A stretch of DNA of 64,000 bases from Yuukianura sp. NJ FZ-2021 (Eukaryota): contig CM102289.1 of assembly GCA_046563655.1 (NCBI GenBank), forward strand, positions 3,100,001-3,164,000, written 5' to 3'. A model generated the notes under the pieces. The model saw only the letters and a program-made list of their open reading frames with translations, had not been told where the DNA came from and did not search any database. Numbering within the stretch: position 1 is the first letter of the stretch; every line of letters begins with the position of its first letter. A program made the position numbers and the translations under genes. This document shows, piece by piece, positions 25,164 through 43,298 of this stretch.

Positions 25164-26368
25164 ATGAAGCCCTCTCTTGCTATAGACCTAATACAACGTT
25201 CTATTCACAACGCTCACGGAACATATCAAAATCCACTAAAATGGAGTGGCAAGCTCAAGCAGTACATGCTAGACGATTCAAAAACGTATCGAAAAACATC
25301 AGGTTGCATTTCGGTCGTCTATATCAATGCTGTTCTGTGGTGTATTGGCTTGGCAATTGTCAACAACTGGATGAACCTAAGTCCACTATTAACGTTACTC
25401 GCCGTGGCTGGCGGATGCTTGATAACTCATGCAACTACGCTTGATTTGTGTGATCGTTGGTATGCGAAACTTTGGCAACAATCGATCAACGCTCTTCTTC
25501 ACGTCTCCGATGAACGTATAACGAAAACATATACAACTTACGAATTGCGACTTTTTTTTTCTAAGCTTGTTTTTCAATTTCAGATTGCCTGTTGTTTTGC
25601 CCCGCATCGGAACTGAGAAGTCTTGGTCTGTTGAAGATGGGATATTTTGGTATTCCAGTGTTAGCAACAATTTTCTTCTTTACCTCGATAATTGTATTTT
25701 ACGATGACATTTCGTTGTTAATAGAGGTAATACTTTCGAGTATGTTTGAATTTCTGGTCAGTGGTAAAATTAAGTTTTGGATTACCATATGTATCTACGT
25801 AATCTTTTTCCTTTATCTTGCTGTCATGACTATCCTGATCACAACCAACTATGTTCTGCATTTCCTTATCGCACTCACTATAACTGACTGCGGTGTATTC
25901 TGGCTGTCACTTGTACATCTAAAGTCACAGACTTCAAATCTACTACTAGAAATCAAGCGTTATCGCGCCATTTTCCTTATTTGGTCAATGATATCTGACC
26001 TTTTCATGTATCAGTTTGGAGTATTTGTAGCCATGGGAACTGGGTTCTGCTCCATTTCGTTTGCACTTTCCATTCGGGTTGGGGTTTCACTTTTTGGTTT
26101 AGCAGTGCTAGGAGCAGGGGCAGCAATATTGCTTGTATTGAACCTTTGCCTGGAAACTGCTTCAAAGATCCACTATTTGTCGCTGGAGTATCTTTTTCAG
26201 CTGACAAAATTGGTGAAAACAAGAAAACTGGAAGCCATGGTAGCAAGGTCGCTGCGACCTTCCTATTTCAAATGCGGAACACTCAATTACGTTGATCGTG
26301 AAATGATTATGACTGTCAATGCTAATGTTGTCGACCACATGGTAAATTTGCTTCTCACTCTTATGTAG
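25164..26368 (+). CDS. Multi-TM chemoreceptor-like (gustatory-receptor-like) protein copy 2, intact, 2 exons
   Basis: Intron 25516-25583 joins the two track ORFs in frame (…SDEH|CLLFCPASELR…), giving ~380 aa with several hydrophobic helices. The C-terminus RSLRP…G…VDR…VVDHMVNLLL resembles the terminal helix of the insect chemoreceptor superfamily. Function is inferred. Confidence 0.7.
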
Positions 26369-26373
26369 AAAAC

Positions 26374-26742
26374 GAGTGTTGCTCGATATCCACTTTTTCG
26401 GCATTTCGTCCACGGCTGGATATCCAGTGGAAGAAATGGACGAAATGGGTGACTCCAAAGGGCCGGAGCTTTGCCCCGCGGGGTATGAATTATTTAAATA
26501 TAAAAAGCGTAAATAATTCGAAATACCGCAAAAACGAAGGAAGTACCGTTTTTGTGTGAGTTTTAAGCAAATAATGAAATTTTAACGATGAAAACGCTTC
26601 GTTTGATATTATTTTCTTCTTTTTTTTGAATTTTGCGCTATATTCTGAATTTCTTCCATCCATTTCGGGTGCATCTCCTCCAGTGGATATCCAGTGGAAG
26701 TGGCAATTAAGCCACTGGACGTTTTAGCGTCCAGCAACACTG
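26374..26742. mobile_element. hAT-like MITE (369 bp)
   Basis: Imperfect TIRs gagtgttgctcga / tccagcaacactg and an 8-bp TSD TAGAAAAC (26366-26373, 26743-26750). It is absent from the paralogous position behind copy 1. Confidence 0.85.
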
Positions 26743-27588
26743 TAGAAAACCCTGATCAAAAAATAGTTGGATAATTGCGGAAAGCCAGTTAAGAGTCAGT
26801 TTATTTATTTTTTGTTCAGAACATGGTTAGGCAATCTAGTGGTTAATTAATTGTATCACTCGGGGTTGAACAAGGTCATAACATCGATTTTTGTACAATT
26901 TACCAAAACTGAATTTTACGTTTAAGAGCGTAGTTTAAAACAGTAGAAAAGCATAATATATTTAGTAGTAAGGACAAAGAGAGCTAGATTTTGTGTTTGC
27001 TATACTATAAATTCTTGAAAGCTTCTCCTCCTAATTGTAGTATAGGTAAGTGTGTGTAAAAATTTAATTTTTTTTTTGCAAAATTGGTAGGAAGCTTAAT
27101 TTTTTGATTTGACAGGAAAGCTTTACGTTTAAGGATGTTAAATATACAAGGAGTATTGAATTCTGTTGAGGTAGACACGTTAAAACCAGCAAGTAATTTA
27201 AGCGACAAAAATATGTTGAAAAGAAAAGATACCTAAAAGATAAACTCAAAAACTATATAGAAAATGTGTGGATTAATTACGTTTTTGAAGTCATGCAATC
27301 TCTAATAGCCTACTACATTTCAAAACATATACATTCACGAAATGTAAATCTGTTGCCTTGCTCGAACCTCCTCAATTTCAATTGAATATCTACTTCTTTT
27401 ATTGTTATAGTAACTTTATTCGTTGCTTCAAAATAAAATGCTTAAGCCAAAAATTAAAAATAGAGCAAGTGCGCGTTGTTTCCGGTTTCTATTGATTAAC
27501 GAATGATCAAACAACGGCGCCGTGTCTTGTTTGTTCAAATAAATTTCCAATATTTCCAACTCTTAACATGTAAGAAATCTTTAACGAA

Positions 27589-30500
27589 ATGGCGAATAAT
27601 AGTAATGAAAACAACTTGGAATTGGATAATTTCACAGTCGATTCTATTGTCAGTAGCAGTGAAAGTACAGATGAGGAAAGCGTCTCAGAGTCAACTTCAC
27701 AACAATCAGACGAATTGTCTCCCAGAGATAACCCTGATGCTGCCGCTTTGCAATTCAACACGGAAACTACTGATGTCCCTGGAAAGTTATTGCAAGCACA
27801 ATCGTCTGATGCAAAATCTTCCTCGACGTCTGCCAATGGTGACAGTTGGCAAAACAGAATAGCTTCTCCTGACCTCCCTGCTGAATACTGGCAAGTTCAG
27901 AGACTCATCAAGTACATTAAGGTAAACTCACCATTGCAAATCATTTAAATTCGGATCCTTTTAGTTTTAAGTGACAAATATTCCTGAAATTATCATAGGC
28001 GGGCAACCCTACTGCTACGATAATTTCACTTTCTACACTCAAGGATTTTAATTTAAAAGATATCTTTACGCAAATGGCTATAAGAGACTCTGGTGGACTT
28101 GAAGTGCTGCTTAACATTTTGGAAACAGACGAAAGTAAAAGTCAAAGCAAATTCAATTTTTGGCGGGAAGATCCGCTTCAAGTGTTTTTTTTATATCAGG
28201 TCGATGTAAGAGGGCTTCACTAACTATTATCCGCATCATTGCCACGAATCCGGATATCAACAAAACTATTTACAATATGAGGGTAACTCTTAAATTTACC
28301 GAAATAAATTCTGCCTTATCCGGTGGAATTACTTAATTACAACTATTTGATATTTATAATAATATATGAATATATACCTACGTAAATAAATTTTAGGGTT
28401 TGGATACGCTTGTAAACTGCCTCGCAGATTCATGTCGAGAAGTAAAAATTTTGGCTGCTGAAACTATTGCCAATATTTGTACCATTCGAAAAGCCCGGAG
28501 AGCCATGAGAAACAACAACGGAATAAGTCGATTGGTGTTGTTTTGTTGAATATTTTTATTAAAAAATATGTTTGACCTAATTGTTAATTGTCATCAAACA
28601 GGTAGACATGATAAGCTTCCAGTCCTCGGCTTCCTATTGTGAAAGTACGAGAAAACAGTTAGAAGTGGCTCGGGTCGGAGCTGTGGCACTTTGGGCAGTG
28701 GCAAAATCTACTAAAAATCGTGAGGAGATCCGAAAGGCTGGAGCTATTCCACTATTGGCAAAATTAATTATGACACATGCAGTAGATGTAATTATTCCGA
28801 CAGTAGGCATTCTACAAGAATGTGCTTCTGAGGTAAATTTGCAAATTTTTTCGCATAGAAGTGTTAAAGTTTCAGGGCTGAAACATTCTAGTATGCTAAT
28901 CAATAAATTAAACATTTTTCTTAATTTTAGCCAGCCTTTCGATCCGCGCTTTACTCTGCAGGACTTATAAAACACTTTGTAGAAAGATTGAAGAGTTCAA
29001 ACACTGAAGTTGTGCAATACTGTGCAATGGCAATATGTATGGTAAAAAAAAACTCTCGGCTTGCAATGTTTTTTTCATTCGCAAAAGTAATTTTACATTT
29101 TGTAAACAATTAATCTAAAATCTTCCAACGAAAATAGTTTTACAAATTTTCGACGTTTAAATCAACAAGATTTTTTTTTTTAATTCGGTATTTGTTGTTC
29201 AAATTTTCAAATTTACAATTCCTACAATAAATGTTCCGAACATTTTACATTTGACAGTGTGCTGAAGATGAAGATGCAAGGAAGCAAATCTGTGACTTGA
29301 AGGGCATTGAACCTATCATTGAAATACTTCTAAACTCCGATTTACGACAAAACAAGGCATTACATCTTATCACGTTCAAATATTATATTACAAATATATT
29401 GAAAATAAATAACTTTTTTTTTAACCAAATGCATGAGAAATTTAACATTTTCGATTGGTTTTATGATTTTTAGACTCTACTTGCGGCAACAGTTGGAACC
29501 ATATCAAAATGTGCCGGAACAATATTTAAAACAAAAAAGTATTTAGAAAAAGGAATTATTGAAATTCTTATTTCCATGATGGATTCTGAAGCAGAAGAAA
29601 TTCTAATCAGCATTTCTACAGCAATAGAACAACTCATAAAAATTGATCTCTCTCATGCCGCCATTGTTAGGAAGTGTTCCGGAATCATATTTCTGATTAA
29701 AGCCCTCACGATTGAAAACGAGGTTGTGAAAATTTGTTTAAGAAGTATAGTCAACTTTAAAGTTTGAAATTTTCGAATTTTGTATTTTTGAACAGACTTT
29801 GCTTGTCAATGTAACTAAAGCAGTAGGTGTACTAGCTGAGGATTCGGAATCGAGACAAGAAATGGAACAACACGATGGATTCAGATTAATTTGGTCTCTC
29901 CTTAAACATCCCTCCGTTTTGGTCCAAGCAAATGCTGCCTGGGCTATTTGTCCTTATGTCAAGAGTTCAAAGGTTCTACATATGCAAAATAAATATAATA
30001 TATTAAAATATTTGAAACTTTGTCATGCTAAACCAAAACCCTTTTGTGCCAGGCGTCGAGCGATATAGTGCGAAATTATGTAGGTGGATTGGAGGCACTT
30101 GTTCAGTTGCTAACCTCAGAAGTAGTAGAAGTCCAAGCTGCAACTTGTGAAGCCATTGCAGCCATTGCTTCCAGTCAAGAAAATTTAGCAATCATGACTG
30201 ATCAAAGTGTGGTCCAACGTTTGACTCGAATAGCCTTAAACCAACGGCATGTAAGTTTTCCGGTTTTTAAAAGAATGCTACTCTTTTAAGTTTTGATGGC
30301 ACACACAAACATTATTTTTTTTAATCCAAAAACACACACTATTACATTTAACCCAATTATTTACATAGAGCATTTAAATTAAATGATTTTAAGAAGAATA
30401 AAATTACGTATTACTAAATTTTAGGTTCAAGGGAACGAAGTATTGAAGCGATGTCTTTCCAAGGCCATTGCAGGATGTTGCTCGTGGGGCCAAAATAGCA

Positions 30501-30866
30501 AGGAGTTTGGGGAACGTCAAGCCGTTAGACCAATTTGCCGCTACTTAAATTCAAAAGATGCCGCCCTTGTTCGAGAAGCTACGAAGGCTCTCTGGGCATT
30601 GTCACGAGATCCTAGAAACTGTGTCGCCATTCACCAATGCGGAATTGTCCGAGTTAGTAAAAACTAAAAACTATAAAATACGCTAACATTTGTGATTATA
30701 TTCTTAAGTTACCGTCTAACATTATTTTTTATTTTCGCAGCGTCTGATTTATCATACTGGTTCGAGAGATGAAGAACTTCGAGAAGCTGCTGCTGGCGTG
30801 ATGTGTAATATCAGAACATTGGCGCTCACCACAGAACGAATCCGATTGTACCGAATCCAAAAATGA
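27589..30866 (+). CDS. ARMC4: Armadillo-repeat protein gudu / outer dynein arm docking subunit (multi-exon)
   Basis: [51 protein letters not shown]…[19 protein letters not shown] and other ARM repeats. TGA at 30864-30866. Confidence 0.88.
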
Positions 30867-31423
30867 GAAAACAAAAGTCATTCTGCCCTATTGCTGTAAC
30901 GAATCTCATTCATTCGTAAATAAGTAGTCTCTTGTCGTTAAGTTTACTTAGACAGATACTGGTTCAAGTTGTGTTTTCATGTGAAAAAAGTAAAAAACTG
31001 AGGTATCAAATTGAACTCGGACTTTATGAATGGTTTATTGATTGACTTGGCTATGATGGTGTACTATACTGTTCTCCATGCAGAAAGCCTCATTGCCTTG
31101 TCATCTTTGCGTTGAATGCCAAATGCCGACCTTAGTCTTAGCATTTAGGCGGAGCTCATAGATGATATTCTTAAAACGAGACCAGAAACCATCCAAGTTC
31201 TAAGTCCAACAGATTCTATTTACTTTAAAAGTAAAGAGCTACTATGAAAGCAAAGGAAGAAAGCGCTTATCTGAAAATTTTGTGAAACCTATAGACAAAT
31301 CTAAGTCAGAGAGGATTAAAAGTTCAAAACTTTTGTGTGAAGAGAAAGTAGTACAGCCGGTGTATTCCCTCACTTTAAGTTTCAAATAGAAAATCAAAAT
31401 TTCAACAAATTTTTGAAGTCGCC

Positions 31424-32842
<1,419 letters not shown>

Positions 32843-33846
32843 CGAGTATTTGGCCTTAGCACACATTTGTTACGCTTGTATAAAATTTACCAATTCTCAG
32901 TCCATTTCAGAATTCAGATCATTAATTGTATAATAAACCGGTTGTAAACTGGAGTGCACCAAGACCAAAGTAGCGTAAATAAGTGTAACTTGTGAATTGC
33001 ACATAAAAAAGGACCTCAAACGCGATGAGGCGGGTTTTAAGGTAAATCAATGAAACACCTAACGTAAATATCCGTTAAGGTCTGGTTGAAATTGATCATT
33101 GTGGACTGATAGCCTGTGTCATTGTTCGCTATACCTAAGATCATGGTGCCATTTTGTTCATAACCCTCGTCATGTCGCCATTTTGTTTTCTACAATGGTC
33201 GCTCCTGCGCGTCAACCATTTTGGTCAAGGTAATGGTTACGAATATTCATCGTGTTCCTCAGAACAAAAAGAAAGAAAGGTTATTTCATTTGTTCACCAA
33301 GGTCGCCAATCCGCGTTGCCCAACAACCACAATTATGATGACGAACTCCTACTCCCCGTTAACGTGTCGTCGATCGGATGACGTGATAGAACGACCGTCG
33401 ATTTGTCTCCTACTATTGAACATTGTCTCGAAGTCCCCCTATCTTACTGGCTTTTTCTTGGTATCACTGCGGGCATTTTATTAAAATAGTTTACACAAGG
33501 GAGAGAGCAAAACGAAGACCGAAAGCCCATACTTTGCAACAAAAAAAAAGGCAAAGGAGGAAGGGACAAGGGACGAAGGGAGTCAAACTGGCACAGATAA
33601 AGTACAACGAAAGAAAGTGATACTTCCTTACATTTAATCCGAATTCAATTTCATGTCGTTACTTTTGGAGTAGCCAGTGCCTTTAAGACGTTGACTCCAC
33701 GCTTCTAATTTCTTGGGTTATCAGCGTCTGTAAAACTTAAACATCAAATTGTCTATTTTTCACTTATTGGTACTTTTGGAGTTCGACCTCAAGGTGTCTA
33801 CTTTTATTGGGCTTAACAGTGCTTTTGTTTCTTCTACTACTGACTC

Positions 33847-34101
33847 GGGAGCACGCCATTGTTTCAAATGAATTGTTTCAAATATGAATTGTTTCAAAAA
33901 AAAATTGTTTCAAAACACCAGCTGTTTAAGGTTTAAGGCTTAGATTAGGTTAATTTGGATTAGGATAATTAAGTTTAGGTTAGTTATATAATTTTAGGTC
34001 AGGTTAGGTTAGGTTTCGGTATGAAAATTAGGTTTTTGAAACAATTTTTTTTTAAACAATTCGCATTTGAAACAATTCATTTGAAACAATGGCATGGAAC
34101 C
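33847..34101. mobile_element. Small foldback/MULE-like MITE with TTGTTTCAAA-repeat arms and TTAGG-rich core
   Basis: Termini gggagcacgccatt…aatggcatggaacc with inverted repetitive arms. 8-bp TSD ACTGACTC (33839-33846, 34102-34109). Confidence 0.8.
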
Positions 34102-34999
34102 ACTGACTCTGCAGTAGTTGAAGGCCTTGTATTGTACAAGGATACAATCTCTGCAACCATTTTTCACTTCAGAATTCCAGTAAGCGATGTTTTTTTTAAA
34201 TCAATAAAATTTGAGTTTTTTTGTTCGATGCTGCAATAACAATGTATGTAAACATTACTAATAGGGCGTTGAAATAACTAAGTCGCTATCCATCGGGAAT
34301 CGGGATGAGAGGAGGGGGTCCTCGAGATAAATTCTCAAGTAAGTTCCTAGCCTAACCCACTCTAATCTAGATTGGCGTTAGTGACTACTGCTATTCAAAC
34401 GTATACCGCGTTGTTCAGCGAAAAGCAGACACCTCAAAATGGTTTCCGTGGCATTTTTTTTAAATTGGCGATTTCTGGGAGAGATTGAGATACAAAAAAC
34501 GAAATGCGTTAAAACATTTGTGGTGATAATTTTTAGCATTCCAAGATTATTGACTATTTCGTAATCGTAGTTCATTTTTGACTATTAGTTCGCAAGGCAG
34601 GTACAAAGAAACGACATTCCTTTGTTCAACAAAAATCGTGCGTGATGCATTAATCCGCTGATCAGCGGATTTCCCATCTGTTAACATTATACGCATTCGC
34701 ATTATATGCAGTGCTCCCCAACCGTGTTTGAGGTTAGCGCAGTAAACAAGCAAACTCGGTTGGCATCCTAACAGGTAAAGCTGAAACCGATCCGTCAATC
34801 CGGTGGATGCTAAAAAGCATATACCGTGCCGAAAAACAACCCCTGATGACTGAAAATAAATATAATACCTTCTGGTTATAAATGGAAGTAATCGGTGTTT
34901 CCATTTTAAAGCACTACTGTAAACTGATGAAAACTTTTTATTGTGAACTGCTTAAAATATTAATCTGTATTTATTTGAATTTCAGACGAGCGACATGAA

Positions 35000-35446
35000 A
35001 TGAAATGCTCCAAATGTGACGAATGGTTTCCACGGGGTTCCGCCAACTACTATTTTCACCTTCGAACAAAACACTCGAACCGGAGCGGGCCACGACGATC
35101 ACCGCCACAAAAGCAGGTTAGTGACATTACTGTTTAATACAGACACTGTACTCAATCATAACATGATGTTTTTTTATTCTTTTTTGATATTTCATACTTT
35201 CGTACATTCCAGCCAAAAATCGAATGCAAACATATACCATGCACACACTTGTCGAAAAACCCATGCGAGTACAGACGTCATTGTCAGAGAAACCATGATG
35301 GGATTGAATGCCCGCTCTTTTTTAAGGAGGAGCTTCCAATCAACGGTGCGGATCCTCACACGGACGTACATCAGACGCCAAACCCGGCCTCGGACATACG
35401 GTTCATCAAGGTAGAGCTGCCCCTCGATGAGCAACCATTATCGTAA
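35000..35446 (+). CDS. Small two-finger C2H2 zinc-finger protein (~116 aa, 2 exons)
   Basis: Exon 35000-35116 plus intron 35117-35212 (GT-AG) plus exon to TAA 35446 gives MKCSKCDEWF…HLRTKH…CKHIPC…HCQRNH…. The 5' end may extend through the acceptor at 34985. Confidence 0.65.
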
Positions 35447-35899
35447 ACAAAATAGCTCCACGACCTTGGGTTTGGTATTGGAAACAATGACGCAGGCTAG
35501 AAGTCCAGAATGATTAATGTCAACAAGACCCTTGCTTATATAGTCCTGGCAGTTAGAAACGAGAATTGCAATTCAATGCAATTAGGAGTGGAGAAATCAA
35601 CAGAGTTCATATCGTTTCGTTCAAATTTAGTCTATTTTTCTTTTGAGTTGATGTTAAATTTCAAGCATTTTTATTTAAAATTTTTATTATTTAAAAATAA
35701 ACATGCAGGAGTGAATTGTAAAATTTCCTAGAATCCGCCTTTGCTAATTTACGTTTTGCACTGTTACGAATTTGTACAACAGCTTTTGTGTATGCTACAG
35801 CTTTGTCGGCGATTCCAAAAATTTGTTGCTGCGACTGCGTTTCTAGATTATGCCCGGCACTGACTGTTCTCATTTATAATACCTATTCGGTAATCCGTA

Positions 35900-36305
35900 C
35901 TGTTCAGATCAAAAAAGAAACCGCAAAAACACCTGCAATCTGTCATGTGCTTTTTTCCCATAAGGAAAAAGAAGCTACTCACTCCTGCCTTCCTTCCCTG
36001 AGAAAAGAGGGAAGATTCTTTTTTGACAGCGAAAAGGAAGAGAATTTCAAGTTGCGCGGCTTGCAGGTGTTACCGTCAACAAATGATTTTTTTCTAAAGG
36101 AAGAACTCACAAAAAAAAATAGTTTCTAGAGATAACACCTGCATGCCGCGCAATTTCTAATTCTCTTCCTTTACGCTGTCAAAAAAGAATCTTCCCTCTT
36201 TTCTCAGGGAAGGAAGGCAGGAGTGAGTAGCTTCTTTTTTCTTATGGGAAAAAAGCACATGACAGATTGCAGGTGTTTTTGCGGTTTCTTTTTTGATCTG
36301 AACAG
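35900..36305. mobile_element. Tc1/mariner-type MITE with long (~170 bp) TIRs
   Basis: ctgttcagatcaaaaaagaaacc… / …ggtttcttttttgatctgaacag, flanked by TA on both sides (35898-35899, 36306-36307). Confidence 0.85.
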
Positions 36306-37287
36306 TAAGTAACCGGTTTCGGAGTCCAAATAACAATTCAAGTGCTTGGTAACCACTGTAATACTATGCTCTTCGGAAGTGTAAAAAGGCAAATGTGGAT
36401 TGTATAATGTGAATTTCGAGTTAAGATCGCAGCTCTCCTCGTCTCGATTAAATTCATTCTGATAACTGCATTTCGAGATTTAATCCGTTTGCGGTCTTGT
36501 TTGATCCATCCAGTGGGGACAAAGGGTGGGTACAATGGAAGCAGTTCGAAAATTTGAACGGGAGGGGAAGAGGGGATGGTGACGAAGCAAAGTTTACTGC
36601 AACCAACATCGCATTATGCGATTCGCATATCGCAAATCGCCTACTGAATTTGGGAATTGCTTTGTAACTGTGAGTGGGCCCATTTACGCTTCCGCACTAA
36701 GAGGAGCGGAGCAGTTGAGCATGACGGCTTCATAATTCACATTCACACGTTCTTTTCACTCGCCTCTGTCTGTATTTAGGCTTTAGCGAATAAATTAAGT
36801 TATCTTGTTATCTTTAACCGCAAATTTACAACGTTTATTCGTTCCATCCAATGATTTTCCGCATAGAATAGCGACCGCTGGAATAGTAGACTTCAAATGG
36901 ACTTATGGCCAATTGAATAATCTCAGCTGGAGCTGCTGCTGCAAGTACTACCGATACCGAAAGTGTACGACTTGCCGGGAGTAACTGCAAAGCGTAAGTT
37001 CTAAATGTCTGTGAATTGTTGGCTGGCATTTCTTTCTCAGTTTTGTACCTAGTCGTACACACAGTCACAGTCATAGCCAAACGAAACTTTGACTTCATTT
37101 TTACTGAAACGTGATTTTTATTCATATTCCAGGTATTACCTAGCGCTCCCTTTCCAGAACGAAAACGGAAATAACGGATAGGATAGTTGACGTTCAGCAA
37201 ACGCAACGACATTGGAAGACACCGTGACACCGACCATAGTAATTCACTAACAACGCTTTTGTTTTCATCTCAAGAACTCCGCAGAAA

Positions 37288-41427
<4,140 letters not shown>

Positions 41428-43298
41428 GTGATCTTTGGTTGTTATAAACTGCAACAGTAGAATAATGTAGTTACAAAACACAACAATTTTACTTTAAGTG
41501 TAGTTAGTGGGTATGTCTGTTAAGTTGTTTTGGTTGAAAGCTAATTTGACATGACAGGTTTAGGTTTCCTTCAAAAAGAAATCGTAGGGCCAACTTTATT
41601 TAAAACTTATTTTTTCATGCGGGGAAATTCAAAATGTGATTTTAATTTAGCTTTATTATGTTTAGTGTTAAATTTTTAGTTTACAATATGAATGTACTAG
41701 TGGTGGAACGTGCAAAATATTAACTTTTTCTGTATCCCATGTCATATATTATATTATATTACTTCAAAGGTTACCGCTTACCACAAGTTCTTAATGTTGT
41801 AGCTGATTTATGTACAAAGGTCTCTACTTTACGAAACTGCTTTAGCTACATGATCTCTGTCAGTACTTAACTGTTGAAAATATCATTTCATGTAAAGTAT
41901 GTATCTGTATTGTGTGTATCTCTGTATTGATAAAAAGGGAAGCATTGTATTTGTCTGTAGAGTTGGTATAGGTGAAAATTTTTGAATCACATTGCAAATT
42001 ACGAATTTCTGTGCAAAAAAAAATTGCTCTCATCTCAACGTATATACTATTATTTAAAATTAATTTCATGACGTGTCATAGTGAGTTAGCGTATGGGCAA
42101 AAACGTACTTAACGTGAAGGGAAACTGGGGAATGTAACTTTAATGTTGATGTTCGGTTATGTGTATGACTTAATGGATCTTAAGTGCAACAAAACATTAA
42201 ATAACTCTAGTCCACCTACAGCCTGAGGTCGAATTTTTTTAAACTAAAAGACAGGTATTATAACCTTGAACCCATACGATTATTGACATATTTCAGTCTT
42301 TCTTATGTGGATCTTTGTTAGGGAAAATCTTCTTAACTTTCTAAATATTGTGCTATAGCTTGTGAGTTGAATAATTTTATTTCTTTACTACGCGCTGGTC
42401 CTAGTTTTAGCACTATCTAGTTACCGTTATTAATAAGCTCTTCAAAAAACGTCTCGTTTTGATGGATAACATTAAACGAACTTTTGAAACTTTCGCATTT
42501 TTGCACTAAAACGCCTTTGAAAGTTCAGTATATGTAGTTATGTTTGTTAAACAGAGCTCTTCTTGCTGCAATCATTAGTATGAACTTAACGTTAGCAATT
42601 TCATACAACTTTTTTTTTCGATTTTGCTTGTTTGTCGTCTCTGTTCCATACAACAGAAATTATTTTTAATCTCATCCACTTCTTTATCATCTCTTACTTT
42701 ACGACGGTGTAACTACAGTAACGGTATATTTGGAGTAAGGCGAAAGACTGCAAGTTACGCATGAGAAATAACAGGACAAATAATGTTATTCAGATAAACT
42801 GTAGGTCAATTTTTCCTTGATTATGTTGTTGGTATCTTCGTATGATTTTTTGTAGCTTGTACGTTATCTCCCTTTTATGTTGCTTACATTTCTTGTACAT
42901 CTACTTCTGGGTTACGCACTTATTTCAGCTTATGCAATGGCGTCCAACTAGAAATACATTTAAAAAGAAAGCAGGGAAAGTGGCGTAACGAATTCTATAT
43001 TGCTTTCAACATTACAGAGGCAACGAACTATTTATAAGCAAGGCAACTAAATAAATTCTCTCAGTAAACTCATTTATTAAGGTTTCATAAAGAAAACATT
43101 CACTGCTTTCTTTTTCATTTTACTTTTTTCTTCACTTGATGTAATCTCCATTACCTGTAAAGTATTCTCTCAAAACGTTACTCAATTGATATTAATTAAG
43201 TTAGTAATTTTTGGTGTCAATTCATAATGTTAGTACAAGTGGTAGGAATATGTTTTTGTTAGGAAACGTCTACGTTGTATACTGAATGGCTCTTCTCT

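Noticed and set aside
22901..25616. Apparent frameshifts in both receptor-like genes
   Set aside because: They are explained by a conserved 65-68-bp GT-AG intron at the same position in both copies.
33930..34035. TTAGG arthropod telomeric repeats
   Set aside because: There are only a few degenerate units, inside a MITE. This is not a telomere.
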